Assembly: GCA_045863295.1 (NCBI GenBank)
Contig: BTWA01000001.1
Coordinates: 170,687-212,236 of the forward strand
Reading direction: 5' to 3'
DNA: 41,550 nt
Source of the DNA: Candidatus Hydrogenedentota bacterium
Lineage (GTDB): Bacteria > Hydrogenedentota > Hydrogenedentia > Hydrogenedentales > SLHB01
How positions within the stretch are numbered: the first letter of the stretch is position 1; each line of letters begins with the position of its first letter. The translations under genes were made by a program, and so were the position numbers. This document shows, in pieces, positions 26,643 to 36,238 of the stretch. Under the pieces are notes generated by a model. It was not told the origin of the DNA, did not search any database, and saw only the letters and a program-made list of their open reading frames with translations.

Positions 26643-29066
26643 TCAACGGTTGTTGTACAACTCAGATATTCGGTACGCCTTCCCGCCTTCCTGCCGTTCG
26701 AAGACCCACACGTCCACCCGCTGAATGTCCGCGGGGATTTCCTTCGACCAGCTTCGGGTTTCGCCGCGTTCAATGACCAGATCGCCCGGCCACGAAGGAT
26801 TCTCGCCTGCCGCAGCCTGCCGGCGGCGAGCCAACGCGACGTACCCGATATCGGCGTAGCAGGGGTTTGACGCGCTCGGAGATTCGGCTTCGATGCGTAT
26901 CACGGTCGAAGCCGAATCGGTGATGGTGGTTAAGTTGCCCTCGATCCACTGCCATTCTCCGGAATTAACGAGACCTATGCCTGGAAAGAGAACGGTATCG
27001 TTGGCAAAAACCCGCAGTCGCGAGCGTGACTCGCGCGGATTGTCCGTGGAAGGAATCAGGTAAAGCCACGCAGTGTAGTCGCCCGGCACGATCGACAAAC
27101 CGCCTTGCAGGTCGGCCGACTCCCCTTCCCCCGTCACGGCCGCAGCCGTGGTCAACTCGTACTCAGTCGGGGGAGGCGACGGATTAAAGTGCGGATTGAC
27201 GCGCCACACGTTTGAAGTTGCATCGTGTTCATAGAGCGCGGCCGCTTCTATCAGATAGTCCGATGCAAGCGCATACACCGTCACCGGCACATCGCGCTCG
27301 GAGCGATTCTCCAGCACAAAGGCAATCTTCTGCCTGTTGCCGTCCGCAGGACCACCTGTCTTGTCAAAACGCAATACCAGATCGCCCCTGCGCCGCTCCA
27401 ATGGCACCGGTATCAACCCCGCATCGGGTAGCGATTGGGTGTAGGTTGCGCCCCCCTCGAACGTAATCTCGGCCTGGACCCCGTTGTCATTGTCGCGAAC
27501 AGCCACCGCGTTCTCGTCTGCCGTTTCGTAACAGAAAATCTCGATGTCGCGGAGCACCACATGATCGGTCTCCGTATAGTGCGCATCGAGCCACCGCCAC
27601 ACGGCCATGCAATTACCGCCGTAAAATTCGCGCTCCCAATCCGAAAAAACGTACCAAACGCGCCGATGACCTTCGACCACGGATTGGACGTGCTCGTTCT
27701 TGAACAAGCGCACAAACTGCTCGAGTTTGGTCACAACCGGATCGCCTTTCATCAAAGCGTCAATATGGTTTTGGTCTACGGCCACGGAAGCCTGTGGGCG
27801 CTCCCGAAAGCCGTACCAGTAAAACGGCAACGCGGTCGATCGCGTGGCATGTACGACAATGTCGCCATCTTTCCACCCTAAGGACACGTAGTCGGCCGCT
27901 GCCTCAAACGGCAGTGCGGCGCGCACGCCAGGGCGGTGCGGAAATTCGTGCAATGGGTAGCGTAAGGTATACATGGCGTGAAGCGGAACGATAGCCAGCG
28001 CACAAACCAGTCCGGTGGCCCCCGCTCGCGCAATGCGGTTCGGCAACGCGGCCAAGGCGATCGCCTGCGCGATATACAACGGAAACGCAAAGCCAAGCAT
28101 AGACCGATAGAGAAAGATGCTGGTGCTGGCCATGGAGATTGCGATAACCAGCAACACCGGTACAAGAATCCACAGAACGAGCAGCGTACCGTACTTGCGA
28201 TTGTCTTGCCACGCTCGATACAAGCCCAAGGAGACAAGTAGGATCAGGACACCCAGCGCAATTGGATACAGCGGCTTGGCGTCCGAATAGCCGAAAGCAA
28301 TCGTCTTGAAATACAGGGCGATGTTTACAGCGTCAGGCTTCGGTACCCACCACGCTTCCGCCTGTACAAAAAGCACATTGGCGTCGATCAACATCACGCG
28401 CAGCCAAGGCAAAAACAGGGCCGCGCCAACCGCGTTGGCGCCAATCCACCACGTCAGCCGGGATCGATCACGCCAATGAAACAAGGGAAACCACAGGTTT
28501 ATCGCCACCAGAATCGGCGCGGCAAAGTAACCGGCATAACAGCAGGCGGCTGCGCACAGGGCATAGGCGGACCAGTCCCTCGGCCGATTATTGCGGGCCG
28601 CCAGGATGAGACAAAAGATGAGCAGTGGCACCAGGGTCGACAGCAGCACGGAGTCCTTCAACTCGCGCGAATGGTAAATGTGAAATGGGGAAATGGCAAC
28701 AAGAATGGCCGTCACAAGGGCGACCCTCGGTCCGCCCCAAGCGTGCGCCGCGAGCCATGCGGTGAACACCGCGCCCGTGCCCAACAATACCGGCAGCAGG
28801 TGGATAGCCGCCTCGGATGTGACCAGGCCGATCGCCCGCCAGAAATAGATCAGCGCGCCCAAGAGCGGCGGATGGCCCGAACGAAGCTCCCCAGTGGTGA
28901 GATACGCCCAAAAATGTTCCACGCGAACCAGTTCGAACACTTCATCGTACGAAAGCGACAGCTCGCCCACGCCCCAGAACCGCAGAACGAACGCACCCGC
29001 GATTACCGCCGCCAATGCGGCCAGGTATCCGGTCCGATAAGTGGGCTGGACGTCGCGTTCCGGCAT
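26643..29066 (-). CDS. GT-C superfamily (PMT/ArnT, GT39/GT83-like) membrane glycosyltransferase with a large C-terminal soluble domain
   Basis: LRF.....SLSYDE, HPPL and AISPFHIYHSRE motifs, about 12 TM helices, then a soluble beta-rich region. Start set to ATG 29066. Confidence 0.8.
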   Translation of the reverse strand: MPERDVQPTYRTGYLAALAAVIAGAFVLRFWGVGELSLSYDEVFELVRVEHFWAYLTTGELRSGHPPLLGALIYFWRAIGLVTSEAAIHLLPVLLGTGAVFTAWLAAHAWGGPRVALVTAILVAISPFHIYHSRELKDSVLLSTLVPLLIFCLILAARNNRPRDWSAYALCAAACCYAGYFAAPILVAINLWFPLFHWRDRSRLTWWIGANAVGAALFLPWLRVMLIDANVLFVQAEAWWVPKPDAVNIALYFKTIAFGYSDAKPLYPIALGVLILLVSLGLYRAWQDNRKYGTLLVLWILVPVLLVIAISMASTSIFLYRSMLGFAFPLYIAQAIALAALPNRIARAGATGLVCALAIVPLHAMYTLRYPLHEFPHRPGVRAALPFEAAADYVSLGWKDGDIVVHATRSTALPFYWYGFRERPQASVAVDQNHIDALMKGDPVVTKLEQFVRLFKNEHVQSVVEGHRRVWYVFSDWEREFYGGNCMAVWRWLDAHYTETDHVVLRDIEIFCYETADENAVAVRDNDNGVQAEITFEGGATYTQSLPDAGLIPVPLERRRGDLVLRFDKTGGPADGNRQKIAFVLENRSERDVPVTVYALASDYLIEAAALYEHDATSNVWRVNPHFNPSPPPTEYELTTAAAVTGEGESADLQGGLSIVPGDYTAWLYLIPSTDNPRESRSRLRVFANDTVLFPGIGLVNSGEWQWIEGNLTTITDSASTVIRIEAESPSASNPCYADIGYVALARRRQAAAGENPSWPGDLVIERGETRSWSKEIPADIQRVDVWVFERQEGGKAYRISELYNNR

Positions 29067-29213
29067 ACGATAATGGCTTTCCTTGATTCCCCGGCGGATA
29101 AAAGGGGAGCCTATCAAGGCGTGGTATGGCGATCAAGATTCGGTTCCGCTTGCACAAGAAAAGCCCGGTGCGGAAAGATGTCGCGGGTGAGATCAATCAA
29201 CGGGGATACCGAC

Positions 29214-30161
29214 ATGAAATGCACAATGTGGATCGGGACTCTGGTGTTTGCGGTGTGCGCCGGCGCGGAAAACACCACGGCCTATCTCTTCTCCTACTTC
29301 ACCGGCAACGGCGAAGACGGATTGCATCTGGCCACAAGCGACGATGGATACCGCTGGGAGGCACTGAATCAAGGCAAGCCGCTGCTTGCCCCACGCGTTG
29401 GGAAACACAAACTCATGCGAGACCCCTGCCTGATCCAAACGCCGGACGGCACATTCCACCTGGTGTGGACCACCTCATGGGAAGACAACGGAATCGGCTA
29501 TGCGCATTCAAAGAACCTGAAGGACTGGTCAGAACAGCAGTTTTTCCCAGTGATGGCATACGAACCTACCGTGCGCAATACCTGGGCGCCGGAGATCTTC
29601 CACGACGCCGCTCGAACCCGGTTCCTGCTATTTTGGTCGTCCACCATTCCAGGACGGTTTCCAGAGACCGAAGATGCAGGCGACGCTGGCCACAACCACC
29701 GCATGTATTTCACGGTGACTACAGATCTTAAAAACTTCACTGCCCCCGGTGCGAAAGACGGTGCGTCCTCCGCGCTGTTCTTTAACGACGGCTTCAACGT
29801 TATTGATGGCACTGTCGTAAAGGATGGCAATGTATACATCCTGTTCCTCAAAGACGAAACACTGAAGCCACCGAAGAAAAATATCCGAATGGCAACCGCA
29901 ACGAATCCCGAAGGCCCGTGGAGCGCCGCGTCGCCTCCGATAACGGGATCGTATTGGGCGGAAGGGCCGACAGCCATCCGCATCAACGGCAAGATGCACG
30001 TCTACTTCGACAAATACATGGAAGGCAAGTATGGCGTCGTCGTGTCGCAAGATCTCAAAACATGGTCCGAAGAGTCAGATAAGCTTCGCATGCCCGAGGG
30101 GATGCGCCACGGGAGCGTTCTGGAAGTTGCCCCGGAAATCATTGCTGCTATCCAGAACTGA
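29214..30161 (+). CDS. Secreted glycoside hydrolase, GH43-like
   Basis: Signal peptide and motifs LHLATSDDG, MRDPC, WAPE, VIDG, AEGPT. The start at ATG 29214 avoids overlap with the divergent gene. Confidence 0.85.
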   Translation: MKCTMWIGTLVFAVCAGAENTTAYLFSYFTGNGEDGLHLATSDDGYRWEALNQGKPLLAPRVGKHKLMRDPCLIQTPDGTFHLVWTTSWEDNGIGYAHSKNLKDWSEQQFFPVMAYEPTVRNTWAPEIFHDAARTRFLLFWSSTIPGRFPETEDAGDAGHNHRMYFTVTTDLKNFTAPGAKDGASSALFFNDGFNVIDGTVVKDGNVYILFLKDETLKPPKKNIRMATATNPEGPWSAASPPITGSYWAEGPTAIRINGKMHVYFDKYMEGKYGVVVSQDLKTWSEESDKLRMPEGMRHGSVLEVAPEIIAAIQN

Positions 30162-30169
30162 ATTCCCGC

Positions 30170-31510
30170 TCAACCTTCTTCGATCGCCCAGGGCTTGCGC
30201 ATTTCGCGCTTGAGGTACGCATTCGCTTCGTCGTCGTTCACAAACTGTTCCGCCGCAGGATCCCATTGCAACTTGCGGCCAGTCCAACGCGCAATGTTGC
30301 CGAGGTGGCATACCGTGGCGGATCGGTGGCCCATTTCCACATCGGCGGCGGGCGGCGTCTGATTCCGGATGGCATCGATCCAATTGGCCAGATGGGCTTT
30401 GGTGTCGTCCTCGCCCTTGGGTTCGCTTTCCTCTTTCGTGGTGCCATCAGCCAATGTGTACTTGTATTGGCCTCGATCGATCAGAATGGTGCCCTTTTCT
30501 CCCTCGAACAACGCCCCTCCACCAGGGCCCTTGCCATCCAGCCGCAGAATCGTTCCATCATCATACCGGAAGGATACGGGACAGATGAGCTTCTTGCCCT
30601 CGGGCCACTTCTTGGGATCGAACCTCTTTCCGAAAAAAACCGCCGATTCCGCCACGGCATCCGGCTCCGGCCACACTTCCACCGGTCCGCTCAGATCTTT
30701 GCCCAACGCCCATTGCACGATATCCAGCCCATGCGCCCCCCAACCGGTCATCTCGCCGCCGGAATACGGCGTATACGAAATCCAACCCAACGGACGCCCA
30801 TCTTTATAGGTGCGCCCGTCGGCCCGAGGCAGGTACAGATCGCGGTGGTAACCCCGCGGCGTGGTCTGTCCGCACCACATATCCCAATTCAAATCGGCAG
30901 GCGGCGATTCCTCCGGAAGATCGCAGTCCCACGGGCTCGGATAATTGGCCCCGTGGATGGTGGCGATTTTGCCAAGCAACCCTTCACGGACGATGTGACA
31001 CCCGGTCTGACAACTCTTCATGGATCGCTGCTGGCTACCGCACTGAAAGGTGACGCCATACTTTCTCGCCGCGGTCACCATGGCGCGCCCTTCGGCCACG
31101 GTTAGACTCAGCGGCTTTTCCACATACACGTGTTTTCCTTCTTGACACGCATGAATGGCAGGCAACGCGTGCCAGTGATCCGGAGTGGCCACGACTACGG
31201 CGTCCACCTCACCTGATGTGATCATCTCGCGGTAATCCAGAAACGTCTTGGTGGCCGGATACTTTTTATGCATGGTCGACAGCCGTTCCGGATTCAAATC
31301 GCTGAACGCGGTTATCACCGCGGAATCCGGAAGCTTCATGAGTTGTGCCGCCCGCCGCCCCACTCCGATATACCCAACGCGCACAGGATTAGGCGGCGAA
31401 AAATGCGCCTCCCCCCGTATGGGCGCAGGTGTATCGATGAGAACGGGTGCTGCTGCGGCAAGACTTGTTTTCAGAAAGGTCCGGCGTGAAGTTGGTTTCA
31501 GGCAACGCAT
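30170..31510 (-). CDS. Gfo/Idh/MocA family oxidoreductase with a Tat signal
   Basis: Twin-arginine SRRTFLK and motifs GYIGVG, ATPDHWH, VYVEKP, GSQQRS, WGAH.LD. Confidence 0.92.
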   Translation of the reverse strand: MRCLKPTSRRTFLKTSLAAAAPVLIDTPAPIRGEAHFSPPNPVRVGYIGVGRRAAQLMKLPDSAVITAFSDLNPERLSTMHKKYPATKTFLDYREMITSGEVDAVVVATPDHWHALPAIHACQEGKHVYVEKPLSLTVAEGRAMVTAARKYGVTFQCGSQQRSMKSCQTGCHIVREGLLGKIATIHGANYPSPWDCDLPEESPPADLNWDMWCGQTTPRGYHRDLYLPRADGRTYKDGRPLGWISYTPYSGGEMTGWGAHGLDIVQWALGKDLSGPVEVWPEPDAVAESAVFFGKRFDPKKWPEGKKLICPVSFRYDDGTILRLDGKGPGGGALFEGEKGTILIDRGQYKYTLADGTTKEESEPKGEDDTKAHLANWIDAIRNQTPPAADVEMGHRSATVCHLGNIARWTGRKLQWDPAAEQFVNDDEANAYLKREMRKPWAIEEG

Positions 31511-31588
31511 ACGGCTATTCCTCGATTCGCGATTTCCCCCGCGTACTATGAACTGTTATACGCCGGTCCCAGTCAAAGGGCAACCGGC

Positions 31589-33211
31589 CTACTCTGGATT
31601 CTCCAAGGGCGGCAGATACCGGCCACGCGAAATAATGTCCTGCGGGTCCAGTGCGGATTTAATCGAAGTGGCGACATCCCAGAACACATCATCCTGCGAA
31701 TGCAACAGGCGCATGCCGGCATGACCCGTCCTGTATGGGATATAGCCCTTTTCAATCAGCGCCTGAAGCGATTCCAAATAACAGGAGGATGCCGCAGCGG
31801 CCTCATCGGGAAGGCTCGTATCAAACGCGACATTCATAACCGCGATCATGGCGCGCTCGTTGATCATGGTAAATGTAACCAGTAAGTCAAATCCGTGACG
31901 CTGAAAAATCGGTTCCACAATCGATAACACTTCATTTGCATGTCGGCCCGTGGTGGGCAACACCGGCGACAGCCAGCGAATGCCCGCGCCTACGTCCAAT
32001 GGATCGGCCGTCGGAACGCCGGACTCCTTCTGCAAGCGCCATTGCGCGCCGCGCATCGCATCGTCAAACGGTTGACCTTTCAACGTCCCAAACAGGGGGC
32101 GCATCGCAATCAAAAGCTCGCGAAGCGAATCGCCCATGCCCAAACCGCTCAACCAACCCGAAACGCGCCATGCCCAGCTAAGCTTCGAATCGTCCACGAA
32201 TCGAAGTTTGCCCACGCCACCCAACGCATTCCGAAGTGCCTTCTTGCCCGCGCGCACTTGGTCCCGCGTGCCGGTCAAGGCGCTCGCCATGTTCCATGCA
32301 CCCGCGCGTATTGACCGGATCATATCCTTGCGGATCTCGCGCGAAAGAGGCGTGCGTCCACCGGACTCCTGCCACGGGTATCCTTGCTTCGCGCTAAGGA
32401 TGCGGAGGTCATTGCCGATGTGCAGCGTGGCGGGAAGCGTGCCGTTCAGCCGCAGCGGGCGAAGCGCGTCAATAAGGGGTCCCACGCCGTCCGGATCGTC
32501 CACAACGACATAAAAAAAACAAAATGCCTCTGGCTCGGGCATGAGCCACATCGTGATCTTGGTGACAATCCCGAAATTGGATTGACAAAAAAGGCCGTCG
32601 ATAAACGGTCCCACGCCATACCGGTAGACATGCGCCGCTTGCGCATTCGGATAGTGGCCGTACCCGGTATGCAACACACGGCCATCCGCCAGGACGATCT
32701 CCATGCCGCACGTGGAAAGGAAATGATCCCCGTAGCGCGTGTGGCCAAATCCGCGATCCAACGTGTTCCCCACAAAGCTGGCCTCAAGCCCCGCGCCCGT
32801 CACATCGCACCACAGCCCCGTCTTATTCCGTTGCAAATACTCGTAAAGCTGCCCTTGCGTGACACCCGGCTCGATGATCGCGTACGCCAAATCCGTATTC
32901 ACTTCGACAATCCGGTTCATGCGCGAAAGATCGACAATCGCCGCCCCGGACATGGGCGCGCACGCATCGCCATAGCCCCAATTCTTCCCCCGCGAAATCG
33001 GATACAGCACAATGCCATGTTCCGAAGCTGCACGAACCAACGCCTGAACATGCGCCGTGGATTCCGGATACAAAATGCAAATAGGAATGGTGGAGGTGCC
33101 GGAGGAACTGCGCGCGTAGCGGCCAATCGTTTCGGATTGCGTGTCGACAGCCGCTTCACCCAAGGCCTCGCGAAATGCGAGGATCGCATTCTCCGCAGCT
33201 ACCGTTGCCAT
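31589..33211 (-). CDS. VAO/PCMH-family FAD-binding oxidoreductase (p-cresol methylhydroxylase flavoprotein-like)
   Basis: Motifs PISRGKNWGYG, VDLSRMNRI, IEPGVT, GNTLDRG.G, QSNFGIVTK, ALDP..IIS.GRY. An alternative TTG start at 33217 overlaps the upstream stop. Confidence 0.88.
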   Translation of the reverse strand: MATVAAENAILAFREALGEAAVDTQSETIGRYARSSSGTSTIPICILYPESTAHVQALVRAASEHGIVLYPISRGKNWGYGDACAPMSGAAIVDLSRMNRIVEVNTDLAYAIIEPGVTQGQLYEYLQRNKTGLWCDVTGAGLEASFVGNTLDRGFGHTRYGDHFLSTCGMEIVLADGRVLHTGYGHYPNAQAAHVYRYGVGPFIDGLFCQSNFGIVTKITMWLMPEPEAFCFFYVVVDDPDGVGPLIDALRPLRLNGTLPATLHIGNDLRILSAKQGYPWQESGGRTPLSREIRKDMIRSIRAGAWNMASALTGTRDQVRAGKKALRNALGGVGKLRFVDDSKLSWAWRVSGWLSGLGMGDSLRELLIAMRPLFGTLKGQPFDDAMRGAQWRLQKESGVPTADPLDVGAGIRWLSPVLPTTGRHANEVLSIVEPIFQRHGFDLLVTFTMINERAMIAVMNVAFDTSLPDEAAAASSCYLESLQALIEKGYIPYRTGHAGMRLLHSQDDVFWDVATSIKSALDPQDIISRGRYLPPLENPE

Positions 33212-33213
33212 AT

Positions 33214-33636
33214 TCAAACCCCGGCCTTGGTGATCCGCTGGCGCGGGTTGCGCACGGCCTCCTCAATCCTGCGTTGCATGACTTCGATGATTGCGCGATC
33301 CAGACCGATCGGTTCCGTCACGTAGCAGGGCACCGTGGGAAACCGCTCCGCCGCTTCCTCCACGATGCGTGGAATGTCCGAAGTACTATGCCGCCCCGGC
33401 GAAAGAAAGAATAGAGCCACCGCCACCTCCGTCGCCCCTTGCTCTATACAACGCGACAATGCTTGGGCAATCGTGGGTTCCGCCAACTCCATATGGGCCG
33501 GCTCCACGATGGTCGTGCCGGTTATGCGCCGGTAGGCAACGGCCACGTCTTCCAATAAGCGGTTCGCCGCGGGCAACTTCGATCCGTGATCGACAATAAC
33601 CACACCCAGTGTGGCAGAATTTTCGGAAGAGGTCAT
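33214..33636 (-). CDS. Short CbiX/SirB-type sirohydrochlorin chelatase domain protein
   Basis: Motifs VDHGSK, AHMELAEPTI, FFLSPGRH...DIP. Single-domain length. Confidence 0.85.
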   Translation of the reverse strand: MTSSENSATLGVVIVDHGSKLPAANRLLEDVAVAYRRITGTTIVEPAHMELAEPTIAQALSRCIEQGATEVAVALFFLSPGRHSTSDIPRIVEEAAERFPTVPCYVTEPIGLDRAIIEVMQRRIEEAVRNPRQRITKAGV

Positions 33637-33732
33637 GGCAGATCCCCTTGAGGCTCAAGCCCATGGTACCACCATAGGGGCGTTCGGTTGTAGCGGGCGG
33701 AGATGGCCCCCTCCGTGTATAATCGCAGGCGC

Positions 33733-34131
33733 ATGAATCACCCGGTTATCTTGTTTGACGGCGTATGCAACTACTGCAATGCGCTCGTCCAATTCATTCT
33801 GCGGCGCGACAAACGCGGCGTGTTCCGGTTTGCCGCCCTGCAATCCGAACCGGGCCAGGCGTATTTGAATAAATTTGGCTTGCCCCCGGATTTTCTCGAT
33901 TCAGTTGTGCTGGTTGAAGGAGAGACTTGTTTTGTGCGGTCGGATGCCGGACTGCGCATCATGCGGCATCTCGGCGGGCTGTGGGCGCTGGCGTGTGCAT
34001 TCGCGATCGTGCCCCGCCCTGTACGCGACGCGCTGTACGATTACGTGGCGCGAAACCGGTATCGATGGTTCGGAAGAACGGAGGCATGCATGGTGCCAAC
34101 GGAAGAGGTGAAAGCCCGGTTTTTGGATTGA
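33733..34131 (+). CDS. DCC1-like (DUF393) thiol-disulfide oxidoreductase
   Basis: LFDGVCNYC (DxxCxxC), FAALQS and RD.LYDYVARNRYRWFG. TATAAT at 33718-33723. Confidence 0.9.
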   Translation: MNHPVILFDGVCNYCNALVQFILRRDKRGVFRFAALQSEPGQAYLNKFGLPPDFLDSVVLVEGETCFVRSDAGLRIMRHLGGLWALACAFAIVPRPVRDALYDYVARNRYRWFGRTEACMVPTEEVKARFLD

Positions 34132-34189
34132 GAGTAGACATCAGGGCAATCGCAATTAAATTCATCGCCATTCCCAAATTGCCTTTTTC

Positions 34190-34279
34190 CGTCACCCCCC
34201 GTGAAAGCGGGGGTCTATCGTTAAATCGGGAGAGGTTGCTTCTACGTCTTCGTGGATTCCCGCCTTCGCGGGAATGACG
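34190..34279. repeat. Inverted pair of REP/dRS3-like palindromes
   Basis: CGTCACCCCCCGTGAAAGCGGGGGTCTA at 34190-34217. The reverse complement of 34253-34279 is CGTCATTCCCGCGAAGGCGGGAATCCA, which contains ATTCCC-N8-GGGAAT. Confidence 0.75.
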
Positions 34280-34398
34280 AAGGGTAGGAAGGGCGCTTGT
34301 GCAATCCCTCTTTGCCCCATTCCCGCTGACTTGAGACACAGGATCGTTTTTATGCGGATTCTAGTGCGATCGCTCTGGCGTTTACATTTCAAGTTCCC

Positions 34399-34426
34399 TT
34401 GATGTTTTCGTTGTGTCTGGTATACT
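34399..34426 (+). promoter_or_regulatory. sigma70-type promoter for pabBC
   Basis: TTGATG-16 nt-TATACT with an extended TG. Confidence 0.5.
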
Positions 34427-34477
34427 CATTTACATGATTTCGTCATTGGTCTTCCAGAAAAATGCCCATTCCAGAAA

Positions 34478-36238
34478 ATGCCTACCCGTGAGATTGTCGA
34501 CGCGCCAACGTGCAGTCGAGTTACAAGCATCGTGATTTCTTCGCTTACCGCACGCTTTGGCGGCGACAATTACCATAGCCCTGTAAGCATCTTTCGCGCG
34601 GACTCAACGGGCGATGTCTTGCCGTTGCTAACAGAGGTCGGTCTCGCAGTAGAGGGAGGCCTTCATGCCGTCGGATTCATATCGTATGAGGCATCACCCG
34701 CATTTGATTCGGCCTTGATGTGCCATCCGCCAATCGGGTTTCCGTTGGCCTGGTTTGCGCTGTTCGAAGGCCCGGCGAAAGACTCAAGAGACGACTGCGA
34801 GTATTCCGTGGGATCTTGGCAAACCTTGGTCGACCGCGAATCATATAACGAATCTATTTCCGCGTTGCGCAATCGAATTGCCGCGGGAGACACGTATCAG
34901 GTCAATCATACCTTTCCCCTGGAGGCGTCCTTTAAAGGGGATCCGCTGCCATGGTTCAAAACGGTGGCGCAGGCCCAGGAATCAAACCATGCCGCCTTCA
35001 TCGACACCGGACGCTTCCAGATCGCATCGTTTTCCCCGGAGCTATTCTTTCGTCTGGAGAACGGCATCTTGACGACGAGGCCTATGAAGGGGACGCGTCC
35101 TCGAGGGCGTTGGCCCGAGGAGGATGAGCGCATGGCTCGCGATCTGGCCGAAAGCGAAAAAGATCGCGCGGAAAACGTGATGATCGTCGATTTGTTGCGC
35201 AGCGATATGGGGCGCATCAGCGAATCCGGATCGGTGGAAGTGAAAAGCCTCTTTGACGTGGAGCGCTATCCCACCGTCTGGCAAATGACCTCGACCATTC
35301 AATCCCGTACGACCGCCTCCGTGCCCGAAATTTTTCGCGCCTTGTTCCCCTCGGGATCGGTGACCGGCGCACCCAAAGTCGAGACGATGAAGATCATTCG
35401 CGAGCACGAAATGTATCCGCGCGGTGTGTATTGCGGCGCGATCGGCCGTTGGTTGCCGGGAGGGTTTGCCGAGTTCTCCGTGGCGATCCGCACGGCCGTA
35501 ATTGATTCGGAAAAGGGAATCGCGCGCTACAGCGTGGGCAGCGGAATCACATGGGATTCATCGGCGGATGCCGAATACGACGAATGTCTGCAGAAGGCGA
35601 AAGCGTTGACCCAGCCGCCCATGCGCGCGTCATTGCTTGAGACGCTGGCATTCAACGGACGGTTTTCCTACCTCGATGAACACTTGGATCGCATGGCGCG
35701 AAGCGCCAACTATTTCGGGTTCACTTTCGATCCCCAGCGAATCCAGACCACCTTGGAAAACGCCCGCATCGGAGCCAACCCCGCCCGCGTGCGATTGATC
35801 CTAAGCCCCGAAGGCGCGCCGTCGCTGGAGTGGGAAACATTAACGCCCCTGCCCGCGATCCTGCGCGTCGCGCTGGCCCCCGTTCCGGTCGATTCCCGCG
35901 ACCGCATGCTATTCCACAAGACCACGGATCGTGACTTGTACACCACGGCGCGAAACGCCCGCGCCGACTACGACGACGCCATCTTATGGAATGAACGGGG
36001 AGAAGTTACCGAAAGCACCATGGCCAATATCGTGGTTCAAATCGACGGCAAGAAATACACGCCCGCTGTGGAATGCGGGCTATTGCCCGGCATTTTTCGT
36101 GCGATGATTTTGAAGGCAGGGGTAGTCAGCGAACGCGCTATTCACGTCGATGAACTCCGGCGAGCCCAAGGCATATGGCTCGTTAATTCGGTACGAGGCT
36201 GGATGACAGCAACTCTCGAAACGCCGGGCCAAGGGTGA
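34478..36238 (+). CDS. pabB: Fused aminodeoxychorismate synthase component I / ADC lyase (PabB-PabC)
   Basis: Chorismate-binding motifs GDTYQVN, SPELF, PMKGTRPR, ENVMIVDLLR, SGSVTGAPK, followed by a class IV aminotransferase region (HLDRM, HKTT.R, E.T.ANI, GLLPGIFR, NSVRG). Start uncertain. Confidence 0.92.
   Translation: MPTREIVDAPTCSRVTSIVISSLTARFGGDNYHSPVSIFRADSTGDVLPLLTEVGLAVEGGLHAVGFISYEASPAFDSALMCHPPIGFPLAWFALFEGPAKDSRDDCEYSVGSWQTLVDRESYNESISALRNRIAAGDTYQVNHTFPLEASFKGDPLPWFKTVAQAQESNHAAFIDTGRFQIASFSPELFFRLENGILTTRPMKGTRPRGRWPEEDERMARDLAESEKDRAENVMIVDLLRSDMGRISESGSVEVKSLFDVERYPTVWQMTSTIQSRTTASVPEIFRALFPSGSVTGAPKVETMKIIREHEMYPRGVYCGAIGRWLPGGFAEFSVAIRTAVIDSEKGIARYSVGSGITWDSSADAEYDECLQKAKALTQPPMRASLLETLAFNGRFSYLDEHLDRMARSANYFGFTFDPQRIQTTLENARIGANPARVRLILSPEGAPSLEWETLTPLPAILRVALAPVPVDSRDRMLFHKTTDRDLYTTARNARADYDDAILWNERGEVTESTMANIVVQIDGKKYTPAVECGLLPGIFRAMILKAGVVSERAIHVDELRRAQGIWLVNSVRGWMTATLETPGQG

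Noticed and set aside
28476..29213. Long N-terminal extension of the GH43 ORF
   Set aside because: It overlaps the divergent glycosyltransferase, and the signal peptide starts at ATG 29214.
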